Counted from the stretch's first letter, positions 25,579 through 33,396 are shown. The stretch: DNA of 45,379 bases from a virus (IMGVR_UViG_3300020215_000016:1-45379), one strand, 5' to 3'. Numbers and translations: made by a program. The notes: generated by a model from the sequence alone, not told the origin.

Positions 25579-26310
25579 ATGACCACAACCGAGATCACCA
25601 CGACCGAGAGTCAGTACCAGACCGACGGCGAGAGGATGTTGACCGAGGCCCAGGCCTTTGTGGTCACGGATGCCGACTCCTACGCCGAGGCCTGCCGCCG
25701 ATTCAAAACCTGCAAGGAGTTCGAGAAGCGTGTCACGGCGTTCTTCTACGACGGCCCCAACGGCGAGACCAAGCAAGGCATGATCCCCAAGGCGAAGGCT
25801 GCTTGGGATGCCGCCTGCGCTTCCTTCAAGAAGCTGGCCGCACCTGCCCAGGACTCCGCCAGCCTCTACGAGCAGAAGGGCGGCGCCTGGAAGAAGGCCG
25901 AGGACGCCCGCCTGGAGCGAGAGCGTTTGGAGCGCGAAGCCGCCGCCCGCAAGCAAGCTGAGGACGACGCCATAGCCCAAGCCCACGCCGCCGAGAAGGC
26001 GGGGGATCACCAGATGGCCGAGGAGATCATCACGGGAGAGGTCTTCGTGCCCCCGGTCGCGCCCATCAAGGCCGCGCCGAAGGTGGCGGGGGTGGCGCAG
26101 CAGAAATACTACGGGGCAACGGTGACGAGCCTGGAAGCCCTCATTTTGGCGGCGGCCGATTCCATCAAGAACAAAGACGGCAAGGTCCCCGTCAAGGCAC
26201 TGTGCGCCGATATGGTGTACCTGAATGGCCAGGCTCGGCTTAATAAGAAGGAAGGTCAACTCTACCCCGGCGTCGTCGTGGTCTCGCGGGAAGGAATGGC
26301 CTCACGCTAG
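25579..26310 (+). CDS. Hypothetical protein with a central coiled coil
   Basis: RBS taggag. 243 aa with an ERERLEREAAARKQAEDDA segment. Confidence 0.65.
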   Translation: MTTTEITTTESQYQTDGERMLTEAQAFVVTDADSYAEACRRFKTCKEFEKRVTAFFYDGPNGETKQGMIPKAKAAWDAACASFKKLAAPAQDSASLYEQKGGAWKKAEDARLERERLEREAAARKQAEDDAIAQAHAAEKAGDHQMAEEIITGEVFVPPVAPIKAAPKVAGVAQQKYYGATVTSLEALILAAADSIKNKDGKVPVKALCADMVYLNGQARLNKKEGQLYPGVVVVSREGMASR

Positions 26311-26699
26311 TGGTCCAGACCCCTCTGGATCAAGGCTTGAACCTGTCGGACTGGTTGATTTCCACCCAAGAGAAGCGCGACGAGCTGGACGCCTACGGCA
26401 AGTCCCCGCTCCCGCTGGATGCGGGGGAGCGTCACGTCGAGATCGAGCGGGCCATCCAGAACGCCGACGACTCCGGGCGGCTCTTGGCTGACGCTGAGTC
26501 CTTCCTGAGCCAAGCCAAGGCCCAGGCAGTCCTCGCCATGATCGACAAGTACCCGGACCTCTCATCGAAGGAGCGGGAAATCATGGTCAAGGACGCCGTG
26601 CGCGGGGTCCAGCGGCTAGTGGACGGTATCAGCGTCACCAATCGGACGATCAACCACAGGATATTCGTAATTCAAAACGCCAACAGGGCGCGGCTGTGA
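26310..26699 (+). CDS. Hypothetical protein
   Basis: TAGTG overlap. 129 aa. Confidence 0.6.
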   Translation: MVQTPLDQGLNLSDWLISTQEKRDELDAYGKSPLPLDAGERHVEIERAIQNADDSGRLLADAESFLSQAKAQAVLAMIDKYPDLSSKEREIMVKDAVRGVQRLVDGISVTNRTINHRIFVIQNANRARL

Positions 26700-27082
26700 C
26701 CTGTCCTTACTGTGGCTCTGCGGTGAACATTGTGGATTCCATCGTGATCTACAGGACGCGGAGCTACGGCAAGGCTTGGGTTTGCGCGGCATACCCGAAA
26801 TGTGACGCCTACGTCGGTTGCCATAAGGGAACGGACAAGCCGCTGGGCCGGCTGGCCGACAAGAGCCTGCGCCAGGCCAAATCCAAGGCGCATAAGCTCT
26901 TTGACGCGCTCTGGCGCGAGAAGATCAAGCGGGAGAAGTGCCCCAGGAAGGTCGCCCGCTCCGCTGCCTATCAGTGGCTTGCTGGGCAGCTGGGGATTCA
27001 TGCCGAGGCCTGCCACATCGGAATGTTCGACACGCCGACCTGCGAGAAGGTCGCCTCTCTTTGCGCGAGGTACTTCCGGTGA
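26696..27082 (+). CDS. Zinc-ribbon protein (DUF3268-like)
   Basis: GTGA overlap. Contains CPYCG ... CAAYPKCDAYVGCH. Confidence 0.55.
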   Translation: MTCPYCGSAVNIVDSIVIYRTRSYGKAWVCAAYPKCDAYVGCHKGTDKPLGRLADKSLRQAKSKAHKLFDALWREKIKREKCPRKVARSAAYQWLAGQLGIHAEACHIGMFDTPTCEKVASLCARYFR

Positions 27083-27615
27083 TCCGCAAGGACATGACGC
27101 TCAAGGAGTACATGGCCCGCGCCAAGGCCAAGAAGGCCAACCGGAAGGCCCGCGGCAAGCTGATTTGGTCAGCCAAGCCAAAGCCCAGCCGCAGCGCCGT
27201 GGTCAAGAAGCTGGACGCGGTGTTTAGCCTCTACATCCGCGCTCGTGACAAGCGGGTCGCCAACGGCCTCTGCGTCCTCTGCCGCAAGCGGCCCATTGAG
27301 GTCTGCTTCCACTGGATCTCCCGCGGCGCCTTCGCTACTCGGTGGGATGAAGCCAACTGCGTCGGCTCCTGTTCCGGGTGCAACTACGAGGAGACCTTCC
27401 GCAAGCAGAAGTACCGGGACATGCACATCCAGCTTGTCGGGGTCGAGGTCCGGGAGGCTATGGAGGCTAAGGCGCGGGAGGCGGTCCACATCCCGACCGC
27501 CGAGCTTGAGGCCAAGATCAGGCATTTCAAGGGCTTGCTTGAGTCGGGCCGCCTTTTTTTTAAGGACGGTGTTGCCGATTTGTTACGGCCGGGCGACGAG
27601 GCGGTGACGAAGTGA
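27079..27615 (+). CDS. ninG: NinG/Rap-like recombination protein (alternative start 27094)
   Basis: KKLDAVFSLYIRARDK, CVLCRK, FHWISRG and CSGCN match the lambda NinG family pattern. Confidence 0.7.
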   Translation: MIRKDMTLKEYMARAKAKKANRKARGKLIWSAKPKPSRSAVVKKLDAVFSLYIRARDKRVANGLCVLCRKRPIEVCFHWISRGAFATRWDEANCVGSCSGCNYEETFRKQKYRDMHIQLVGVEVREAMEAKAREAVHIPTAELEAKIRHFKGLLESGRLFFKDGVADLLRPGDEAVTK

Positions 27616-27707
27616 TCCGTTGCTGCCGCCGGGCATTGGAATGGATCGGATTTCATATCTACCGCTGCGTTAGCTGCGGCCAACTCTACGCCAGGAGAAA
27701 GGCGTGA
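27612..27707 (+). CDS. 31-aa Cys-rich peptide
   Basis: GTGA overlaps at both ends. Sequence VIRCCRRALEWIGFHIYRCVSCGQLY... Confidence 0.3.
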   Translation: MIRCCRRALEWIGFHIYRCVSCGQLYARRKA

Positions 27708-28519
27708 GCAAGCCAAAGGAACTCGCGCAGGGAAGGCGCGGGCTGATGGCCCTGCTGCGCGAGGCCGCGCACGGGCACACGCTCTACGACGTCTTCCGCG
27801 ACTTCTGCGAGATGTCGGCCATCGCCGTGAGCAACTCCGTTGACCTGATCCACCGCGCGGAGCGCGAGGTCCGCTACCAGGAGACCGCGAAGCGGTACAA
27901 GCCCGACGTGCTGGCTCTCCTCCCCAAGATGCTCGGATGTCTGGTCGAAGAGCTTGAGATCGGCATGGCTGACGTCCTCGGGCAAGCCTACATGGAGCTG
28001 GAGATTTCGAACAAGAACACCGGTCAATTCTTCACGCCCTATTCGCTATGCAAGATGGTCGCTGAGATGCAGATCGACGACAGCCTGCGCGAGAAGGTGA
28101 AGTCGCAGGGCTTTGTGACGGTGAACGAGCCCGCCTGCGGCGGCGGGGCAATGGTGATCGCTATGGCCGAGGCGATGAGGAATGCGGGTATCGAGCCGCA
28201 GCGCCACATGCACGTCGTAGCCCAGGACGTGGACCCGCGCAGCGTCCACATGACCTACCTCCAGCTTTCGCTCCTACACATCCCGGCCGTCGTCCAGTGC
28301 GGGAACACGCTGACGATGGAGGTCTCCTCAGTCTGGCGGACCCCAGCGCACATCTTCGGGGGGTGGGACTGGAAGCTCCGACGACGCGCAGCAGCGTCCG
28401 CCGACGCCACGGTCCAGATATCCAGCGATCCGGTGCCGCCGGCCGATATCGTCAAGGTGCCCGACGTCGTACTGCCGCCCGCTGGCGAGCAAATCTTCTT
28501 GTTTTCTGAGGCCGCATGA
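27704..28519 (+). CDS. HsdM/N6-adenine-methylase-like protein lacking the catalytic NPPF/Y motif
   Basis: It has NTGQFFTP, the AdoMet motif NEPACGGG, AQDVDP and CGNTL. Where NPPF is expected it reads PAHIFGGWDWKL. Confidence 0.65.
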   Translation: MSKPKELAQGRRGLMALLREAAHGHTLYDVFRDFCEMSAIAVSNSVDLIHRAEREVRYQETAKRYKPDVLALLPKMLGCLVEELEIGMADVLGQAYMELEISNKNTGQFFTPYSLCKMVAEMQIDDSLREKVKSQGFVTVNEPACGGGAMVIAMAEAMRNAGIEPQRHMHVVAQDVDPRSVHMTYLQLSLLHIPAVVQCGNTLTMEVSSVWRTPAHIFGGWDWKLRRRAAASADATVQISSDPVPPADIVKVPDVVLPPAGEQIFLFSEAA

Positions 28520-28665
28520 AATCCCAAAAGGTCTTGAAGCACCAAAATGAACGCTGGCCCGTCTTCGAGCTTGGCAAACCGCGCCGCATCGTCACGCGAT
28601 GCCGGGCTTGCGGCGCCGACCGCGAGAAGCATGGCCCGGCGTGCTTGGGGAGGGAGACTAGGTGA
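28516..28665 (+). CDS. 49-aa protein with a CxxC motif
   Basis: ATGA and GTGA overlaps. Contains TRCRACGADREKHGPAC. Confidence 0.35.
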   Translation: MKSQKVLKHQNERWPVFELGKPRRIVTRCRACGADREKHGPACLGRETR

Positions 28666-29183
28666 GCGACGAGATAGACCACATGATTGAACGAATCGAC
28701 CGGGGCGAGGACTTCAAGGTCAATTCGGCTCTAGCCTTCGCCATTGTGGGCCGAAGACTACAGATGTCCAATGGCGAGCTATCCAAGGTTCGGGTGGCGA
28801 TGGGGGAGATCAAAAGGATAGCCGACGCGATCATGCGCCGCGACCCGAAGTACCTGCGCCCAGGGCTTGAAGACACCGACATGAATGGAGCGTGGGGAGG
28901 TGTCAGGTACTACGCCGAATCCGCCCTCCCCGCCGCGGATGCGGGCAACATCGACGGGCAATCAAGCGGACCTTGGGACTGGTTGCGCGGAAAGCTCTCC
29001 GCAGAAGACTTCCAGCGGCTTTCATATCAAGTTGGATGCGTTGCTATCCGCAATCGTGCCGAGGGACGAGATGAGGTCAAGCCCGAGGATCGCGTCTACG
29101 ACAAGCCCTGCTACTGCCGCGAGAACAAGGGCCAGGAAGGCGGGCACATCCACGCATCGCAGCCAGCATCGGAGGCACCTTAA
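28662..29183 (+). CDS. Hypothetical protein
   Basis: 173 aa, coupled at both ends. Confidence 0.6.
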   Translation: MSDEIDHMIERIDRGEDFKVNSALAFAIVGRRLQMSNGELSKVRVAMGEIKRIADAIMRRDPKYLRPGLEDTDMNGAWGGVRYYAESALPAADAGNIDGQSSGPWDWLRGKLSAEDFQRLSYQVGCVAIRNRAEGRDEVKPEDRVYDKPCYCRENKGQEGGHIHASQPASEAP

Positions 29184-29350
29184 TGGCCTACGCGAGCAAG
29201 GTAGTCCGCGCCGTTGCTAAGGCTATCGTCGAGGTTCAGACGTCACGGGATCATGAGGCTTGCCGAGTTCCTGCTTTCTGCGAAGCCCGGGCGGCGATCC
29301 GCGCCTACCTCAAGGCGTCGAAGCCCAAGCCCGATACGGAGGGAGCGTGA
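29183..29350 (+). CDS. 55-aa hypothetical protein ending KPKPDTEGA
   Basis: TAATG and GTGA overlaps. Its 3' end is the 30-nt junction repeat. Confidence 0.4.
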   Translation: MAYASKVVRAVAKAIVEVQTSRDHEACRVPAFCEARAAIRAYLKASKPKPDTEGA

Positions 29351-29634
29351 GAGCGGAAATCAAACGTATTCGGGAGCGCGCCTTTAGAGCGTATGTGGTT
29401 ATTGATACGCCATCGTCGCGGCAGGGATTCAAGGACGAAGCCGTTAATTGCGTATTCGTGTTGCTTTCGGAAATCGAAGAACTTGAAGGCAGGCTGGCGA
29501 AGATGAACAAGGAGAAGCCGCAGCAAGACTACGGCGAGGCCCCAAAATCGTGCTACTGCGCGGCAACAAAAGCCCCGTGCGGATGGTGCGAGTCGCAGCC
29601 CTCCCCCGCCGAGGGCAAGGAAGCCAAGCCGTGA
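29347..29634 (+). CDS. Hypothetical protein with a C-terminal CxC...CxxC
   Basis: GTG start inside the junction repeat (ggaggga RBS). 95 aa. Confidence 0.5.
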   Translation: MRAEIKRIRERAFRAYVVIDTPSSRQGFKDEAVNCVFVLLSEIEELEGRLAKMNKEKPQQDYGEAPKSCYCAATKAPCGWCESQPSPAEGKEAKP

Positions 29635-29648
29635 ACACTTGCCCCGGC

Positions 29649-29813
29649 CTACAAGTCCAACAGATCGGTGTACGCCTCTCGCAGGCGTTGCCGAAGGACT
29701 GCGGGGCCGTGAACGGTGCGGTTCCAGCCGCCCAGGATCTCGCCGACCGCCTTCTTCAGGGCCGTGATGACCTTGGCGCGTTGTCCGTCAGGGTCGCAAT
29801 GCTGGCAGGTCAT
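29649..29813 (-). CDS. 54-aa leftward protein (MTCQHCDPDGQRAKVITALKKAVGEILGG...)
   Basis: High-GC3 ORF below the track cut-off. TATACT lies 6 nt upstream of the ATG and there is no SD, so the mRNA may be leaderless. Confidence 0.45.
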   Translation of the reverse strand: MTCQHCDPDGQRAKVITALKKAVGEILGGWNRTVHGPAVLRQRLREAYTDLLDL

Positions 29814-29902
29814 GCCGAGAGTATATCGAACAGGAAGGAGTGCCGCTCATGAAACTCACCGCCGCCGCCATCCTCACATATGGGGTTCAGGGATAGCGTG
29901 AC

Positions 29903-31033
29903 GTGGGTACACCTACCGCCATCAGCCTGTTCTCGGGAGCCGGGGGCCTCGATCTTGCCGCCCGATGGGCTGGCATCCGCACCGTGTGCTATGTCGAGCG
30001 AGAGTCCTACGCCCAAGCCGTCCTCATGTCCAACTTCCGGCGCGGCTGGCTCGATGAGGCCCCTATCTGGGATGACGTCTGCACCTTTAAAGGCAAGCCC
30101 TGGCGAGGAGTTGACGTTGTTTTCGGCGGGTTTCCATGCCAGGACGTCAGCTATGCCGGGAGAGGGCGTGGGCTCAGGAAGGGAACAAGATCAGGCCTCT
30201 GGATTCAATACGCCCGAATCATTCGCGAGGTACGACCGCGCGTCGTCATCGTGGAGAATGTTCCCGGCCTTATGCGACGTGGCCTTGCCCGAGTCCTCGG
30301 AGATTTGGCCGCGGCGGGGTACGATGCGCGATGGGAAGTTGTATCGGCTGCCAGCGTTGGAGCCCCCCACAAGCGAGAGCGGATCTTCATCGTGGCCCAC
30401 GCCCGACACGCAGAATCATCGGGACGGCTCGTGTCGGCGAGCCGAGACGAAGGGCAAGCACAATCTGAGCCTGCATCATGCGGCAGCGATGTGGCCGACG
30501 TGGCAGACGCCCAAGGCCTCGGACGGCTCAAAACCGAGCGGCGGCGGGCGCTCCGACAGCAGCCTACCCCAGCAGGTAAAGAACTGGCCGACTCCCCGAG
30601 CGAACGACGCCGAGAAGCGCGGGGAGATCAGCAACGATCCCAGGAACGGACTCCCAGCAGCGGCGAAGAACTGGCCCAGTCCTACTGCCCGCGATGCCAA
30701 AGGCGCGGATGCTCCGGGCCGGCGAGGAGCGCCGAGCTTGAGTCAGACAACCGAATTTGGCCCGCCCGCCCCGGAGAAGAACAGTTTTGCTGGGAGCCGT
30801 CGCGGCTTACTCAACCCAGCGTGGGTCGAGGCTCTAATGGGCTGGCCGATCGGCTTCACGGAACTGGACGACCAAGCGGAGAAGTGGTGGATGATTCAGC
30901 GAGCGGGGGCAAGGCGGTTGCTGCGGAAGCGCAAGTCCGCTGGCGCGTCCACCGGCTCAAAGCGACGGGCAACGGCGTCAGCCCGCAGCAGGCGCTCAAA
31001 ATCTTCCGTGAAGCCCGCGAGGCCCTAGGATGA
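29903..31033 (+). CDS. DNA (cytosine-5)-methyltransferase, with conserved motifs split between two overlapping open frames
   Basis: Frame A carries LFSGAGGLD, GGFPCQDVS, IVENVPGL, APHKRERIFIVA and the C-terminal RLKATGNGVSPQ. The target-recognition-like WPTP repeats and LNPAWVEALMGWPIGFT lie in frame B (29880..31028). Confidence 0.7.
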   Translation: MGTPTAISLFSGAGGLDLAARWAGIRTVCYVERESYAQAVLMSNFRRGWLDEAPIWDDVCTFKGKPWRGVDVVFGGFPCQDVSYAGRGRGLRKGTRSGLWIQYARIIREVRPRVVIVENVPGLMRRGLARVLGDLAAAGYDARWEVVSAASVGAPHKRERIFIVAHARHAESSGRLVSASRDEGQAQSEPASCGSDVADVADAQGLGRLKTERRRALRQQPTPAGKELADSPSERRREARGDQQRSQERTPSSGEELAQSYCPRCQRRGCSGPARSAELESDNRIWPARPGEEQFCWEPSRLTQPSVGRGSNGLADRLHGTGRPSGEVVDDSASGGKAVAAEAQVRWRVHRLKATGNGVSPQQALKIFREAREALG

Positions 31034-31035
31034 CC

Positions 31036-31248
31036 CTATTTCTTAGCCCGCTGCTTCTTCCCCGCCCGATGCTTTGCGGAGTCCTTCCTGTTTTGTGCGC
31101 GGGCGGCGTCCGGGTGACTCTTACGCCACTTCCTGACGTAGTCGCGGGTGCGGCACTTGGCCGAGAAGTATTTGGGCGCGGGAATAGTGGCTGGCTTTCC
31201 GCAGCCGCAAGCGCAGAGCATGGCGTAAGTATAGCCCGAGTCTTTCAC
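31036..31248 (-). CDS. Small basic Cys-rich protein (likely start 31221, possibly leaderless)
   Basis: Sequence MLCACGCGKPATIPAPKYFSAKCRTRDY... with a Lys/Arg-rich tail. The ATG at 31221 lies 6 nt after a TATACT -10 element. Confidence 0.55.
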   Translation of the reverse strand: MKDSGYTYAMLCACGCGKPATIPAPKYFSAKCRTRDYVRKWRKSHPDAARAQNRKDSAKHRAGKKQRAKK

Positions 31249-31256
31249 GGCGTCAA
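31228..31256 (-). promoter_or_regulatory. Leftward promoter TTGACG-17 nt-TATACT
   Basis: Reverse complement of cgtcaa (31251-31256) and agtata (31228-31233). It shares the 12-mer GCTATACTTACG with the rightward promoter. Confidence 0.55.
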
Positions 31257-31277
31257 TGTCGAGGGCAAGAGCAGGTC

Positions 31278-31305
31278 TTGACGTAAGTAAGATATATGCT
31301 ATACT
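31278..31305 (+). promoter_or_regulatory. Rightward promoter TTGACG-16 nt-TATACT overlapped by a palindrome
   Basis: ttgacg at 31278-31283 and tatact at 31300-31305. ACGTAAGTA (31281-31289) and TACTTACGT (31302-31310) form a 9-bp inverted repeat. Confidence 0.6.
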
Positions 31306-31405
31306 TACGTTGCGAGGGAGGTAAAGGTTTCAGGCCGCTGGCAAAAACTCCCTCGCAGGATGGATGCCAGCGGCCTCTTATTTAGACGGGAATGCGAGGG
31401 AGAAA

Positions 31406-31558
31406 ATGAAAAACAAGCAGAGCAGCAAGCCCGCCGTCACTAAGGAAGCGCCCGCCGCGATCGTCCTGTACGACGGCTGCTATTCCGACGGGAGCAACTG
31501 CGAGACGTTCCCGGCTTGCAATCACGAGGCGAAGAAGCCGCCGCAGGGAGGGCGCTGA
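31406..31558 (+). CDS. 50-aa hypothetical protein
   Basis: RBS gagggag. It is the first ORF after the rightward promoter. Confidence 0.45.
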   Translation: MKNKQSSKPAVTKEAPAAIVLYDGCYSDGSNCETFPACNHEAKKPPQGGR

Positions 31559-31559
31559 C

Positions 31560-31763
31560 ATGGCGAACAAGCTGACCCCGAGCGAAGCAAAGGCCCTGGA
31601 CCTTGTAAAGGATGGGGCCGACGTCTACGACTACGGCATCGCCCTGACCCTTCGGGCTCTTGAGAAGCGAGGCCTCGTCACAATCACCAGGGCCATGAGC
31701 CGACCGGATGGCCGCAAGCAGCAGCCGTACTTCGGGGCCATTGTTCGCAAGGAGCCCCGCTGA
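31560..31763 (+). CDS. Small winged-helix-like protein
   Basis: 67 aa. Contains LTLRALEKRGLVTI. Confidence 0.5.
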   Translation: MANKLTPSEAKALDLVKDGADVYDYGIALTLRALEKRGLVTITRAMSRPDGRKQQPYFGAIVRKEPR

Positions 31764-31764
31764 G

Positions 31765-31884
31765 ATGCCCCGCCTAGTCCTGAGCGCCGGCATGTGGGAC
31801 GCCGTAATTCGCGCCTGGGGAGTCAGCGAAGACTTCATGCGCGGGCATTTCTTGAAGGCCGATCCGGTACAGGAGCAACGCTAA
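31765..31884 (+). CDS. 39-aa hypothetical protein
   Basis: Starts 2 nt after the previous stop. TAATG overlap downstream. Confidence 0.3.
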   Translation: MPRLVLSAGMWDAVIRAWGVSEDFMRGHFLKADPVQEQR

Positions 31885-32243
31885 TGGCCCGCAAAGACTG
31901 GGTCTGGATGGGACGCCCCGCGCACTTCATCTGTGCCGAGCGCTGTCACTTTCGGCTTGCGACCTACATCCCGGCAAGCCGCGTGATCGTCTCGACTGTT
32001 GGTGACTACGAGCCGCCAGCCATGCTGGGCATGAAACGACCTGCTGAAATCGGATATGGGCGCACCTACGAGACTTTTGTTTTCAAGGCCATACGCGTTA
32101 AAGACTGCGACGGCTGCGAGTACCACATAATTCCGTCCGAGATAGACACGCTGCCCGCGAACACGGCAAACAAAGCGACCAAGAACCATTACGCGCTCTG
32201 TGGAAAGTGGGACCGCAAGAGAAACGTCAAGGAGCCCCTCTGA
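31884..32243 (+). CDS. Hypothetical protein
   Basis: 119 aa from MARKDWVWMG, coupled at both ends. Confidence 0.55.
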   Translation: MARKDWVWMGRPAHFICAERCHFRLATYIPASRVIVSTVGDYEPPAMLGMKRPAEIGYGRTYETFVFKAIRVKDCDGCEYHIIPSEIDTLPANTANKATKNHYALCGKWDRKRNVKEPL

Positions 32244-32413
32244 TGCCTGCCAAGAAGAAGTCCCGTGCCGCCTCACGCTTGGTTCTCAAGAGCGAGATTT
32301 GCAAGGCGCTGATGAGCAAGCGGTCTCGGTGGGTGTTTGTCCGCAATGAGCTAGAGGAGATGGCTGGGTTTGTGGCGGCGCATTTGAGCAGGAAGATGGC
32401 GGCGGGAGCATGA
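32243..32413 (+). CDS. 56-aa hypothetical protein
   Basis: TGATG overlap upstream and ATGA overlap downstream. Confidence 0.4.
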   Translation: MPAKKKSRAASRLVLKSEICKALMSKRSRWVFVRNELEEMAGFVAAHLSRKMAAGA

Positions 32414-32811
32414 AGCACTCACCTGAGCCGTGGGATGACGACGAGAAGCACCCGGACCCGACGTGCGTGAATATCGGCTACCTGAACGACGCCAACGGCA
32501 GCAGTGTCGGCACCTTCTACTTGGACAATGGGCGAGAGAACGCCGCGCGGGTGAAAGCCTGCGTAAACGCTCTGGCGGGCGTTGAGGACCCGGCTGATTG
32601 GGTAGACAGCATGAAGGCGATGCTCGGATCAACCAAGAGAGAGCAGGGCGAGTGGGTCTGCGAACTCGTCGAGGCGGCGAAGGCTGTATTCGATGAAGAC
32701 GTCAGGGCCGGGATCGCTGACAACTCAAAAGGCGTTATGGCCCGCGTCGATAAGCTGCGTCCTCTTGCCGCCGCCATCAAGAAGTTCGACCCGGAATGGA
32801 GGGGATCATGA
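32410..32811 (+). CDS. Hypothetical protein
   Basis: 133 aa with ATGA overlaps. Confidence 0.6.
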   Translation: MKHSPEPWDDDEKHPDPTCVNIGYLNDANGSSVGTFYLDNGRENAARVKACVNALAGVEDPADWVDSMKAMLGSTKREQGEWVCELVEAAKAVFDEDVRAGIADNSKGVMARVDKLRPLAAAIKKFDPEWRGS

Positions 32812-32963
32812 ACGAACACACCTACTTCGACCGCATCCTAGATGCCTGCGAGGAGGCTGAGGAGAAGCTGCTACGAGCGGAATACATGGCCTTCCTCGGT
32901 GACGCCATCGTGGAGCTTGAGAGCCGGCTGGCCGTAGCGAAGGCGAAGAAGGAGACTACATGA
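32808..32963 (+). CDS. 51-aa hypothetical protein
   Basis: ATGA overlaps at both ends. Confidence 0.4.
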   Translation: MNEHTYFDRILDACEEAEEKLLRAEYMAFLGDAIVELESRLAVAKAKKETT

Positions 32964-33148
32964 AACCCCTCACCGACTGGACCCCCGAAGAAGTCCTAGC
33001 CGATCCGACGGCCTCTGACTGGCTCAAGAACGCGCTGAGGTCGGCTATCGAGCGCGACCCCGTGGACGCCGCAGACGATGCCGAGGCTTTGGCTCAACTC
33101 CTGCGCGGGCACATGATGAGGGCGGCGCGAGAGGCGAGGAACGTCTAA
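32960..33148 (+). CDS. Hypothetical protein
   Basis: 62 aa, coupled to its neighbours. Confidence 0.5.
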   Translation: MKPLTDWTPEEVLADPTASDWLKNALRSAIERDPVDAADDAEALAQLLRGHMMRAAREARNV

Positions 33149-33396
33149 TGCCGACCAAGGACGACGACGGGCCTGCGTTCGGTCATGGTGATCCGACGCA
33201 TGGCGGCGCCCACGGTATATCCCTGCGCGAATACTTCGCGGCAAACGCTGACGTGCCGTGGAACTCGGTCATGGAAACCCTAAGAATCAACGGGAACGCA
33301 TCCCCGACGATCCAAGAAGTTGTCGACTTCCGAGCAAGAATCAAGTTCCGCGAGGCCGACGCCATGCTGAAGGCTCGCAAAATGGACCATCCTTGA
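33148..33396 (+). CDS. Hypothetical protein
   Basis: TAATG overlap. 82 aa. Confidence 0.55.
   Translation: MPTKDDDGPAFGHGDPTHGGAHGISLREYFAANADVPWNSVMETLRINGNASPTIQEVVDFRARIKFREADAMLKARKMDHP

Noticed and set aside
26802-27607. Same-strand alternative-frame ORFs 26802..27227 (141 aa) and 27245..27607 (120 aa).
   Set aside because: They overlap the zinc-ribbon and NinG-like genes, whose frames carry the recognisable motifs. Their products are Arg/Pro/Ser-rich.
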